Shown here: positions 15,730-23,116 of the stretch, in pieces | Position numbering within the stretch: the stretch's first letter is position 1 | How the letters are laid out: each line of letters begins with the position of its first letter | Virus record (IMG/VR): IMGVR_UViG_3300033067_001491 | Location: 1 to 26,175 of that record | Reading direction: 5' to 3' (one strand) | DNA: 26,175 bases | Source of the DNA: a virus | Lineage: Duplodnaviria > Caudoviricetes | The notes under the pieces: model-generated | What the model saw: only the letters and a program-made list of their open reading frames with translations | Database searches by the model: none | Told to the model about the DNA's origin: nothing | Translations under genes and position numbers: made by a program

Positions 15730-16220
15730 CAGGTACCTCGGTTCGCGCGCCACCTGGCGAGCGCAGCGCGGATGGAATCGGCCAGCGTCGCGCGCAGCTC
15801 GGCGACGACGTCAGCGCGCGGAGGCCCTGCGTTGCCGATGGGCAGCATGGGGCGCGCGGGGATGTTGCCGCGGCCGAACTGGTGCGTTGCCGCGTAGACC
15901 GCTGCCGCACCGCCGGGGCCGATGCTGACGCGGTGCTCCTGGGGCGCGATGCGCGGCACGTAGCTGTTGCGGAGGATCGCGGTGACGACGAGGATGCGCG
16001 TCCCGCGGAAGCCGCGACGCGCGCGGATCTCGAGCGTCTTATCGGAGAGCGGGACCCACGGGCGGCCCTGCGGATCCGTCTGCGTCTCGAACCGCTGCTG
16101 TAGTTCCTCGTGGAGGACTTCGCCCATAGGAGCGAGCGCGCCGTCGATGCCGTCGAGCACGCTCCGCGCGAAGTCGCTCAGCGTCGGCGACGCCTCGGGG
16201 GGCGTGATCTCGATCAGCAT
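15729..16220 (-). CDS. Phage virion morphogenesis protein (Mu gpG/P2 gpS-like), 163 aa
   Basis: ATG 16220 with GGGAG. Motifs RFETQTDPQGRPWVPLS, IL..T.ILRNS, YAATHQFG and IPARPML. Confidence 0.9.
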   Translation of the reverse strand: MLIEITPPEASPTLSDFARSVLDGIDGALAPMGEVLHEELQQRFETQTDPQGRPWVPLSDKTLEIRARRGFRGTRILVVTAILRNSYVPRIAPQEHRVSIGPGGAAAVYAATHQFGRGNIPARPMLPIGNAGPPRADVVAELRATLADSIRAALARWRANRGT

Positions 16221-16221
16221 G

Positions 16222-16698
16222 TCAACTCCCGAGGTAGTCGCTCCTGCGGCGGCTGTAGGTGTCGACGCCCGACGTGGTCGGCTCGACGTAGCTGAACACC
16301 GCGGCGACGACGGCGTCCGACGCGGCGACCGGCGTAGCACCGGGGACCGACGCCTCGCCCGAGCGGATGCGCGCGAGCAGCGCCTCGTAGCGGCGCAGGA
16401 AGTTCTTCGCGTCCTCGGCTGCCGGTGAGCCACCGAGCTCGAAGAGGAGCACCGCCGCGGCGTAGTCGCAGAGATCCGCGACCACACCGGGCGTGGCTGG
16501 CGAGTCCGTGATCGCGTCGAACGGGACCACGTAGTAGCGCGCGAGGTCGGAGTCGACCTGGTTCGCAGCGCGCTCGATGATGTCGCCGAAGACGTCGGTC
16601 TCCTCGAGACCGTCCTGATCGACGTCGAGGAGCCTCACCAAGCGCGTCGGCCGGATGAGGGCATCGAGCCGCGCGCGCGTGGTGTAGGGGTGCGCCAT
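16222..16698 (-). CDS. Head-tail adaptor, Mu gp36/DUF1320-like, 158 aa
   Basis: Motifs YTT...L, IERAANQVDSDLARYYVVPF, P.VVADLC and RYEA...L.RIRSG. Confidence 0.87.
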   Translation of the reverse strand: MAHPYTTRARLDALIRPTRLVRLLDVDQDGLEETDVFGDIIERAANQVDSDLARYYVVPFDAITDSPATPGVVADLCDYAAAVLLFELGGSPAAEDAKNFLRRYEALLARIRSGEASVPGATPVAASDAVVAAVFSYVEPTTSGVDTYSRRRSDYLGS

Positions 16699-16700
16699 GA

Positions 16701-17141
16701 TCAGCGCGCGTCGGAGGTGACGAGCACGAGCGAGCCCGCGGGGAGCGCCACGCCGGACGCCGCCTTCGCGACCTCGTACGTGATGAGCGCACCAGCGGGG
16801 ATCGCGTTGTCGGCCGCGAGCGTCAGCGGCACCGGGACGAAGGCCGTCCAGTTGCCAGAGCCGCCCGTGATCTGCGTGGTGATGCTCGCGATCGTGGTCT
16901 TGCTGCCGCCCGCCGCGGTGTAGCGGCTGACGGTGATCGTCGCATAGTTGGTGTCGTGAGCCGTGAGGCCCGCGGCTGCGACGTAGTAGGCCTTCACGAG
17001 CTTGCCCGCCTGCGGAGAGACGCCGACGGCGACCTCCGCGGTGGTGGTGCCCGCAGCGCCATCGACGGCGCGGACGACGTTGAACGTCAGCGAGCCGTAG
17101 AACCAGGCGAAGATTCGCCGCGCGTAGGTGAGGATCTGCAT
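16701..17141 (-). CDS. Hypothetical structural protein (possible head decoration), 146 aa
   Basis: Beta-rich Thr/Ala/Gly protein between the capsid and adaptor genes, with only 2-4 nt gaps to its neighbours. Confidence 0.7.
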   Translation of the reverse strand: MQILTYARRIFAWFYGSLTFNVVRAVDGAAGTTTAEVAVGVSPQAGKLVKAYYVAAAGLTAHDTNYATITVSRYTAAGGSKTTIASITTQITGGSGNWTAFVPVPLTLAADNAIPAGALITYEVAKAASGVALPAGSLVLVTSDAR

Positions 17142-17145
17142 GTGA

Positions 17146-17331
17146 TCACCGCTTCTTCTGGTGAGGAGTGGGTGCCGCGGCCGCCGCCTTCGGCGCTGCC
17201 TCGACGACGCGCCGAACGCGACCGACCGAGACGAGCGCCAGTGCCGACGCGTCCGGCAGGTCGACGCGCTGCCCTGCGAGCAGACGCCGACCAGCGTGGA
17301 CGACCGGGGGGACGACGACCTCGACGATCAC
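17146..17331 (-). CDS. Small capsid-adjacent protein, 61 aa
   Basis: GTGA overlap with the capsid stop. The V.HAGRRLLAGQRVDLPDASALALVSVGRV pattern is typical of small genes following capsid genes. Confidence 0.75.
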   Translation of the reverse strand: MIVEVVVPPVVHAGRRLLAGQRVDLPDASALALVSVGRVRRVVEAAPKAAAAAPTPHQKKR

Positions 17332-18269
17332 AGGCAGCTCGAGATGATGACGCCACAGTCATCCTGGATGACCTTGGCGGGCTGGGTGAGGTGCTCGACC
17401 TGGACGAGCGAGGAGCCGCCGTAGCCGCGGCCGCTCTCCATCCACTGGCGCACGCGGACGCCGCTGGTGTGGCGGAAGCTCGCGGCGAAGATGCTCGTCC
17501 GCGTACTCGGTGCGGTGCGCGGCACGAGCGCGATGCCGCAGGCGGTCGCCGACCAGATCCGCGAGTAGCTCGCCGACTGGCCCGCGTTCGCCGAGTTGTA
17601 CGTCGTGTCGGAGACGTGGACCTCGTCGAGTCCCTTGAAGAACTGCAGGAGCTCCGCGTCGGAGACCGCGCCGAGGGTCGTGCCCTTGAGCGCGAGGAGC
17701 TGCGGGTGCGTGGTCAGCGCGTCGAAGACGACGTCCGAGATCCACATGACGCGCTTGAAGTTGTCGCCCGCCGACGGGAGCGCGCGCAGGGCGGCCTTGA
17801 TGTCGCCGAGCGGGTCGCCCGTGACGGTGTTGCTCCACAGCGCCGCGGCGGTCTTGCGGTTCGCCGAGGTGTAGTTGGTCGTGGTGGTGAGCACGCCCGC
17901 GACGCGCTTCTCGTGCGCGAGGCCGATGGCCTGCATGAGCTGCTCCACCGCCTCCTGCTCGGGGTCGAGCGCGGAGACGACGGCCGAGTTCATCGCACCG
18001 TTCACCGCGGCCTTGAGCGCGCGCGGCACGAGCGCCCAGGTGTCCTCGCTGAGCGAGTAGCCCAGCTCGTTCGCGGTGCCGTCGGTGCCGATCATGTCGT
18101 CGACCGTCGCGCGGTTGACGTCGGCGCGGGCGCGCTTCTGGAAGGTGCCGCTCATCGCGGACACCTCGATCACGGGCGCGACCTTGTCGGCGATGAACTT
18201 GCCGTTCTCGTACGCCGAAGCGAACGAGGTCAGCGACTCGGAGAGATCGAGAGCTTCTGCGGTTGCCAT
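17328..18269 (-). CDS. Major capsid protein (HK97 fold), 313 aa
   Basis: AAAGGA RBS. Motifs LTSFASAYEN..FIADKVAPVIEV, HEKRVA, WSN...GDPLGDI and VFDALTTHP. Confidence 0.92.
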   Translation of the reverse strand: MATAEALDLSESLTSFASAYENGKFIADKVAPVIEVSAMSGTFQKRARADVNRATVDDMIGTDGTANELGYSLSEDTWALVPRALKAAVNGAMNSAVVSALDPEQEAVEQLMQAIGLAHEKRVAGVLTTTTNYTSANRKTAAALWSNTVTGDPLGDIKAALRALPSAGDNFKRVMWISDVVFDALTTHPQLLALKGTTLGAVSDAELLQFFKGLDEVHVSDTTYNSANAGQSASYSRIWSATACGIALVPRTAPSTRTSIFAASFRHTSGVRVRQWMESGRGYGGSSLVQVEHLTQPAKVIQDDCGVIISSCL

Positions 18270-18302
18270 GTGAGGGGATTCCTTTCGAGGTCAGTCCGCA
18301 GA

Positions 18303-18701
18303 TCAGCCCTGCGCGCGGCCGACGGGGTTGATGAGGCAGGACACGAGGTCGTTGTCGGCTCCGGGCGCGACGAGCACCTTCGCGAAGCAGCAGTAGTTGG
18401 TCCCGGCGACCGCAGCGATCTCGATCGCCTTGCCCGCCGAGGTGCCGTTCATGAGCAGGTCACCGACGGCGATGCCGCTGGCGGTCTGGATCTTCACGGG
18501 CGCGATGCCGAAGATCACGACGTTGACGGTGCCGCCCGCGACGCTGTCGTCCGCGGTCACGCCGATGATCGCGGCGTCGCCGCTCGACGTGCTGGTCACC
18601 ACGTACTCGGGATCGGTGTCGAGCTTGACGGGCGAACCCTTGGCGATGGCAGCGGCGGTGCGGCGCGAGATCATCACGCCCTGGTGGAGGAACTGTTCCA
18701 T
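18303..18701 (-). CDS. Capsid decoration/cement protein (DUF2190-like), 132 aa
   Basis: AGGAG RBS. Motifs AIIGVT, V.V..FGIAPV, IAVGDLL and GKAI; directly upstream of the capsid gene. Confidence 0.8.
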   Translation of the reverse strand: MEQFLHQGVMISRRTAAAIAKGSPVKLDTDPEYVVTSTSSGDAAIIGVTADDSVAGGTVNVVIFGIAPVKIQTASGIAVGDLLMNGTSAGKAIEIAAVAGTNYCCFAKVLVAPGADNDLVSCLINPVGRAQG

Positions 18702-18725
18702 AGGTCTTCTCCTGGCGTGGTCAGA

Positions 18726-20210
18726 TCACGCGTTGAACTGGGGGAACCGAGCGCGCGCGGCCTTCTGCGCGAGCGCCACGACGACATGCTTCGCGATGCC
18801 CGGATGGCTCTTCTCGACGCCGGGGACGAGCGACTCCCACGCAGCGCGGAAGCTCTCCGGCTTCGTCGCGCCGGTCGCGTTGCGCGCGAACACGTCGCCA
18901 GTCGGCACGCTCTGAGCGGCTTTGATCGCGCGCTCGATGACACGCTCGCGCGCGCCGGGGTCGCCCACGGACAGCACGTCCGCGGTGAGCTGCTCGAGCT
19001 CGTCGGCGGTGAGCGCCGCCTTCGCGTCGGTCGCGCGCTTCGCGATGCCGTCGCGCGTGTCGCGGCGAGCCACCTCGGACGCGAGCTTCGCTACCTCCGC
19101 GCGCAGGCGCGGCACCTCGACGAGCGCCGAGCGCGCGGACGCGTCGGTCTCGCTCATCGCCGCAGCGTCGCCGGGCGGGGCGGCCTCGCCGATCGCGCCC
19201 TTGAACGCGGCGAGCGACGCCTTCGCGAGGTCGAGCACCTCGGCGGGCGACGCGTCGGCCTTGCCGAAGATGTCGCGGAACATCGCGAGCGCCTCCGACG
19301 TGAACAGGTCCTGCGCGGCCTCGTCGGCGAAGCCCTCGAGCATCGCGCGCGCGGCGACAGTGGAGCGCGTGGCGTCGAGCGCCTCGGCGTCCGGCGCAGC
19401 CGCAGCGCCACCGGCCGCAGCCTCGAGCACGCCCTCGATGCGAGCCTCGCCCTTGAGCGCGTACAGCGCGTCCATGAGCGGGCTCTCGAAGGACTCCGCG
19501 CCCTTCTCGTCCTCCATCGACACGCCGAGGACGGCCGCGATCTTCGCGAGTAGGTCGAGCGCGGGGCCGCGCTGGCTGGTCTTGGGCTTCGTCATCGTGA
19601 TCCTCAGTGAGCGGGTGTGGACGCGCCTCGCCGCGTGGCGGGTCGCGTTGTTCGGGCGCAAGCCCTCGACTGCGGGGACGTTCGTCAGCGCGTGCTGGAG
19701 GAGCCGCCCGTCGCTCGTGAATCCGATCGATCCGGACCACACGAGTCCCTGCGACGTCACGCGCGCAGCCTCGGGCCCGAGCTCCGCGTAGAGCCACAGG
19801 TGCCAGCGGCCGGAGCGGTCCTGCACCTCGACGCCGACGTGGCCGTAGCCGTCCGCGTGCGTGCCAGTCTGGTAGAGCTGCTGGTGCGGCTCGCTGCTCA
19901 CGCCGTCGATCGGCACGGGCGAGCCGCTGTTGAGTCGGGCCGCCATGCGCGCGATCAGGTCGCGCGTCACCTGCGAGCCATCGGCTGCGGGCGCGGGCTC
20001 CTCGGCGGTCGCGTCGAGCCATCGCCACACGCCGACCGGACTGCCGCTCTCGTCGCGCAGGACAGGCTCGCGCGCGGAGAACTCGGAGTCGCTCAGCAGC
20101 GAGTCGAGGGCCGCGTAGACGTCGGGGTACGCCTCGCCGCCGTCGGCATCGCGCAGACGCACCTCGGCCCCGCCGTCGGTCTCGATGACGACGAGCGAGA
20201 GCAGGTTCAT
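18726..20210 (-). CDS. Prohead protease/scaffold (Mu gpI-like), 494 aa
   Basis: AGGAG RBS. LLQHALTNVPAVEGL protease motif followed by an acidic, Ala-rich helical scaffold region. Confidence 0.82.
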   Translation of the reverse strand: MNLLSLVVIETDGGAEVRLRDADGGEAYPDVYAALDSLLSDSEFSAREPVLRDESGSPVGVWRWLDATAEEPAPAADGSQVTRDLIARMAARLNSGSPVPIDGVSSEPHQQLYQTGTHADGYGHVGVEVQDRSGRWHLWLYAELGPEAARVTSQGLVWSGSIGFTSDGRLLQHALTNVPAVEGLRPNNATRHAARRVHTRSLRITMTKPKTSQRGPALDLLAKIAAVLGVSMEDEKGAESFESPLMDALYALKGEARIEGVLEAAAGGAAAAPDAEALDATRSTVAARAMLEGFADEAAQDLFTSEALAMFRDIFGKADASPAEVLDLAKASLAAFKGAIGEAAPPGDAAAMSETDASARSALVEVPRLRAEVAKLASEVARRDTRDGIAKRATDAKAALTADELEQLTADVLSVGDPGARERVIERAIKAAQSVPTGDVFARNATGATKPESFRAAWESLVPGVEKSHPGIAKHVVVALAQKAARARFPQFNA

Positions 20211-20218
20211 GCGGTCTC

Positions 20219-21214
20219 CTAGATGTCGGTGGCGTCGAGCGGGCGCGGCGCGCCGGCCCAGCCGTCGTCAGGCTCCACGCCCTCGATGCGCCCCTCTGTC
20301 AGCACGTAGCCGCGCGCCGTGAACTGGCGCTCTGACAAGGTCGTGAACGCGCAGCGGCAGTTGTACCCAAGGGGCGGCGCGTAGTGCTCTGCCTCGCCGG
20401 AGCCAGAGCGGAAGACCTTGCCGTGAAGCGCGCGATGCGCGGGGCGCACGGCCTCGTCACCAGCGGTCACGTAGCGGAGGAAGGGCCGCAGTGCGCGGAC
20501 CTCTGGGGCGTTGACTGCCTGCCACCGGCCGTGGCCGTAGGCGCCCGCGACGTTCGTGCGGAGCACGGTCTCGAGGTAGAACGGCGACGCGGCATCGATG
20601 CCGAGCGCGCGGATCTCGGGGGCCTCGGCCTCGCGGATCGCCGCGTAGACCTCGGCGATCGTCATGTCCTGCGCGAGCAGGCTGTCGAGACTGCGCCGCG
20701 CGACCTCTTGCAGTCGCTGCGACGCGAGCCGCCGCGCGACGAAGCCGCCTTCGCGGTAGCGGTCGCGCATCGCGTCGAACTCGGCCTCGCTGATGAGCGC
20801 CTTCGACCGGAAGAAGCGCAGCGCCTCCTCGAACGGGAGCGCGAGGAACGGACCCTCGCGGCGGGACGCGATGACGCGCGCCGCGCTGTCGTCGTCGTCC
20901 GCGAGCTCCACCTCGCGAACCATGAGCTGCCCGCCGAGGTGCGCCTGGAAGGCTGCGCGGTAGACGGCCCCGGCGATACGGTCGTCCTCGTCGAGCTGCT
21001 CGCCCCAGGCGCGCACAGCGTCGGCGATGCCGCTCGGCTCGATGCCGCGGACATGCGCCGCGAGCATCTCCAGCCACGCGCGCCCGGTGGACGCGCTGTC
21101 GAGGATGGCCTCGGACGCGAGCGCGCCGGGACGGCCTACGACTGCGAGAGCAGTCGCGCGGGTCCGCTCCGAGGAGTGCGCGACGTCGGCGAAGTCGACG
21201 GGGTCGACCTCGGG
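20219..21214 (-). CDS. MuF (Mu gpF/SPP1 gp7-like) minor head protein segment, probably translated as a portal fusion; alternative stand-alone start ATG 21067
   Basis: Motifs LPFEEALRFFRSK, YLETVLRTNV..AY..GR, YVTAGDEAVRPAH..LHG and PPLGYNCRC. No start codon in frame between 21214 and 21067. Confidence 0.88.
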   Translation of the reverse strand, partial: PEVDPVDFADVAHSSERTRATALAVVGRPGALASEAILDSASTGRAWLEMLAAHVRGIEPSGIADAVRAWGEQLDEDDRIAGAVYRAAFQAHLGGQLMVREVELADDDDSAARVIASRREGPFLALPFEEALRFFRSKALISEAEFDAMRDRYREGGFVARRLASQRLQEVARRSLDSLLAQDMTIAEVYAAIREAEAPEIRALGIDAASPFYLETVLRTNVAGAYGHGRWQAVNAPEVRALRPFLRYVTAGDEAVRPAHRALHGKVFRSGSGEAEHYAPPLGYNCRCAFTTLSERQFTARGYVLTEGRIEGVEPDDGWAGAPRPLDATDI

Positions 21215-22557
21215 AAAGGGGCGTCCGCATCCGCACCCCCAGGCGGGAGAGCGAGCGGACTCGGGATCGAGAGCACCTGCGTGCCCTGCGCGTAGGTGGG
21301 CAGTTGCGGGGCCGCGAAGCTGCCGCCGCGCTCGCCGCCGATCGGGTCGTGGCCGTTGCTCGAGCGGAACTCGTCGAGCGTGCAGAGGCCGCCCTGGTAC
21401 TCCGCGAGCGCCCACGGGCGGGACGCAGAGATCACGCTCTCGATCACGGGGACCGGAGCGCCCGGAGCGTTGAAGCGGACAGTCGGCTCGATCCACTGGT
21501 CCGTGATCGTCTCGTCGAGCTCGACGAGGTCGCTGGCGAGGATGTCGCCGCGGACCTGCGCCTGAGCCTGCGAGCCGTAGACCTGGCCGTCCTTCGACTC
21601 GGTGGCGAGGTTGCCGCCGAGCAAGTTCACCGCGTACTCGGTGTTGACGAAGTCGATGAACTTGAGGTGCGCCGCATCGTTGATCGACACCGGGATCGCG
21701 GTGATCTTGACGTCGCCCTTGAAGGCGGCCGCCCACTGCGACGACATCTTGCGAAGGCCCGTCGTCAGCTCGTCGAGGAGCGCCTCGGAGGCGTGCTCGG
21801 ACGCCTGCCCGTACACCTGAGGCTGCCCGAAGCGTTCGAGCATCTCGGCCCACCAGCGGAGGCCGTAGCGCTTCGCCAACGAGAGCGAGAGCATGGGGCG
21901 CAGCGCGCCGCGCCGCTGCTTCGCAATCGCGAGGCCACGCGCGGGGCTGTGAACGATGAACTTGTCGGGCCAGTCCGAGAGCGGGCGGCCACGGAGCGGG
22001 CCGTCGGCGACCACCCACGCGCCGCGCGCCGGGTCGTAGTCGACGAGGCCGGGATCGATCTGCCGGGGACGCGAGACGCGCCACCCGTTGCGGTCGATCT
22101 GCCAGTCCTGCTCAAGCACCGCGACCGGGCGAAGGATGCCCTGCGCGAGCTCGGCCCGACGCTGCGTGAATCCGGGCGTCTGGTAGAGGACCTGCGTGAT
22201 CGCGCTCGCGACCTCGACGGCCTGCCGATCCTGCTCGTAGCCCGCGGGCGGGCGCACGGCCCAGCGTCGCGAGGTCAGCGCGAGCACGCGCGCGGAGGCC
22301 ACGCCAGCGAGGCGCGAGTCACGCACGAGCGCCGACTCGATCGCGGCGTTCAGCCCGCCGAGGTAGCCGCTATCGGCGGCACGCAGCGCCGCCACGAGGT
22401 TGGGCCCCGCGTTCGCCTCGATGGCGAAGGGGTCGCTGCGCTCGATGCGCGCCGCGCCGAAGACGCGCCCAACGGGAGCACCGCCGGGGAGCGTGGCGAG
22501 GGCGGGTGCCGCAGCGCGCGCGGACGTGCGCCACGGGAGCCAGTCCGAGAGCGCCAT
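21136..22557 (-). CDS. Portal protein (Mu gp29/DUF935 family), 473 aa
   Basis: GAGG RBS. Motifs RD..LAGV..AR, KFIVH, GALR, KRYGLRWWAEMLERFGQP and LLGGNLAT. Confidence 0.92.
   Translation of the reverse strand: MALSDWLPWRTSARAAAPALATLPGGAPVGRVFGAARIERSDPFAIEANAGPNLVAALRAADSGYLGGLNAAIESALVRDSRLAGVASARVLALTSRRWAVRPPAGYEQDRQAVEVASAITQVLYQTPGFTQRRAELAQGILRPVAVLEQDWQIDRNGWRVSRPRQIDPGLVDYDPARGAWVVADGPLRGRPLSDWPDKFIVHSPARGLAIAKQRRGALRPMLSLSLAKRYGLRWWAEMLERFGQPQVYGQASEHASEALLDELTTGLRKMSSQWAAAFKGDVKITAIPVSINDAAHLKFIDFVNTEYAVNLLGGNLATESKDGQVYGSQAQAQVRGDILASDLVELDETITDQWIEPTVRFNAPGAPVPVIESVISASRPWALAEYQGGLCTLDEFRSSNGHDPIGGERGGSFAAPQLPTYAQGTQVLSIPSPLALPPGGADADAPFPRSTPSTSPTSRTPRSGPARLLSQS
21190..21220 (-). 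promoter_or_regulatory. Putative -1 frameshift signal: C CCU UUC heptamer (21220-21214) plus 3' hairpin (21212-21190)
   Basis: In-frame X XXY YYZ at portal codons 447-448, followed by CGAGGUCGAC-CCC-GUCGACUUCG. The -1 frame is the MuF frame. Confidence 0.72.
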
Positions 22558-22733
22558 GAGGACCTCGCCAGCCGCGCGAGGAGCGGCGTAGTAGTAGGCC
22601 CGTGCGCGCCCGCTGGCGGCTATGGGGGAGGTGGGGACCGGTACAGGTCGCGCGAGCCTACCGAGACGATGCGCGATTCAAGCGCCCTGTGCTACGCGCA
22701 CGTCCCCGCACGATGCCGCACGACTCCGCAGGC
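22558..22733 (-). promoter_or_regulatory. Probable control region for the head-tail operon
   Basis: Largest non-coding gap in the window. Contains TTGAAT-N15-TAGGCT (22681-22655, short spacer), four 10-bp-phased repeats upstream of it, and a leader hairpin abutting the portal RBS. Confidence 0.55.
22697..22732. repeat. Four direct repeats CGCA(C/G)G with exact 10-bp period
   Basis: CGCACG at 22697, 22707 and 22717, and CGCAGG at 22727. Confidence 0.8.
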
Positions 22734-23102
22734 TCAGCGAAAGCGGTCGCGGAAGCACGTCCCCTGCGTGATCGCGGTGCTGTCGCGGTCGCACGAGGGC
22801 ACGTAGATCGGCGGCTCGCCGGGGAACGAGGCGCTGCGGCAGAAGACGCGCGGCGTTTCGGCGGTCGGCTGCGTGGGCAGCCCGCAGAAGCACACGCACT
22901 CGGCGCAGTCCGCGTCGGGCCACGAGTCGCGCGGCGCGGCGCTCACGGTGCCGAACGTCGGATCGCACTCGCCGCCGCAGCCGTAGCACGGGGCCCACTG
23001 GCGATTGACGTCGTCGTTGACGACCGCCGCGTCCGATGCCGGATGAGGCGCGGGGCAGCCGACGAGAGCGAGCGCGAGGAGGACGACGAGGCGAGCGGTC
23101 AT
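22734..23102 (-). CDS. Cys-rich lipoprotein, 122 aa
   Basis: ATG 23102 gives MTARLVVLLALALVGC (lipobox LVGC), with ten further Cys in the mature part. Confidence 0.75.
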   Translation of the reverse strand: MTARLVVLLALALVGCPAPHPASDAAVVNDDVNRQWAPCYGCGGECDPTFGTVSAAPRDSWPDADCAECVCFCGLPTQPTAETPRVFCRSASFPGEPPIYVPSCDRDSTAITQGTCFRDRFR

Positions 23103-23116
23103 CCCGCAAGCGTGGC

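Noticed and set aside
20219-20400. MuF C-terminal toxin domain
   Set aside because: The protein ends about 45 aa after NCRC, leaving no room for a toxin, and no immunity gene follows.
13370-21138. TAG stop-codon reassignment as an explanation for the broken portal and chaperone ends
   Set aside because: The continuations are in the -1 frame, not the same frame, and other TAG stops (20219, 10335) are followed properly by RBS and start codons.
21215-22084. N-terminal 290 aa of the 621-aa ORF-track MuF
   Set aside because: Fully overlaps the portal in another frame and reads as off-frame sequence; coding character begins only at the slippery site.
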